Assembly: GCA_002633005.1 (NCBI GenBank)
Contig: NMRA01000264.1
Span: 273,353-337,352 of the forward strand
Reading direction: 5' to 3'
DNA length: 64,000 nt
Source: Phoronis australis
Taxonomy: Eukaryota > Animalia > Phoronida
Shown: positions 63,906 through 64,000 of the stretch, in pieces
Layout of the letters: each line of letters begins with the position of its first letter
Numbering within the stretch: the first letter of the stretch is position 1
Notes under the pieces: generated by a model
Database searches by the model: none
Told to the model about the DNA's origin: nothing
What the model saw: only the letters and a program-made list of their open reading frames with translations
Made by a program: the position numbers and the translations under genes

Positions 63906-64000
63906 CTGTTGTAGAAATACCGAATTTTAGGTTATCAATTTCGCAATTGTTACAAAAAATAAATACCAAGATAATACTTGTCTACGATTACCTTGTTGTT

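Overview
This is AT-rich, intron-rich, repeat-laden eukaryotic (metazoan) genomic DNA, most consistent with a marine invertebrate. Almost all entries in the six-frame ORF track are spurious, and the real genes had to be spliced by hand. (1) The 3' half of TBC1D23 (+ strand, 8 exons, 186-7404) covers the end of the TBC domain, the rhodanese-like domain and the C-terminal PH-like domain; its last intron appears to be GC-AG. (2) An R7-subfamily (PTPRR/PTPN5/PTPN7-like) classical tyrosine phosphatase (+, catalytic exons 44769-50453) has an intact HCSAGIGRTG loop, but its WPD loop reads WDD; the KNRY and KIM exons were not found. (3) A small two-exon unrecognised single-pass membrane protein gene (+, 58400-60761) carries 18-aa Cys/His repeats and ends in TTEL. 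(4) The 3' exons of an unidentified minus-strand gene lie at the right edge. Between the genes are many mobile elements. These include a TA-flanked CCGTA-TIR (pogo/Tc1-mariner-like) family carrying a HIRAN-like domain (one copy is open for 105 codons and absent from the ORF track) and Helentron-like elements whose ~148-bp internal repeats each hold a CTCF-like motif. There are also DIRS-type tyrosine recombinase and Penelope GIY-YIG relics, nested hAT/Harbinger MITEs, a MULE-like foldback, Sola-like MITEs and several minisatellites. All family assignments come from recalled motifs; no database search was run.
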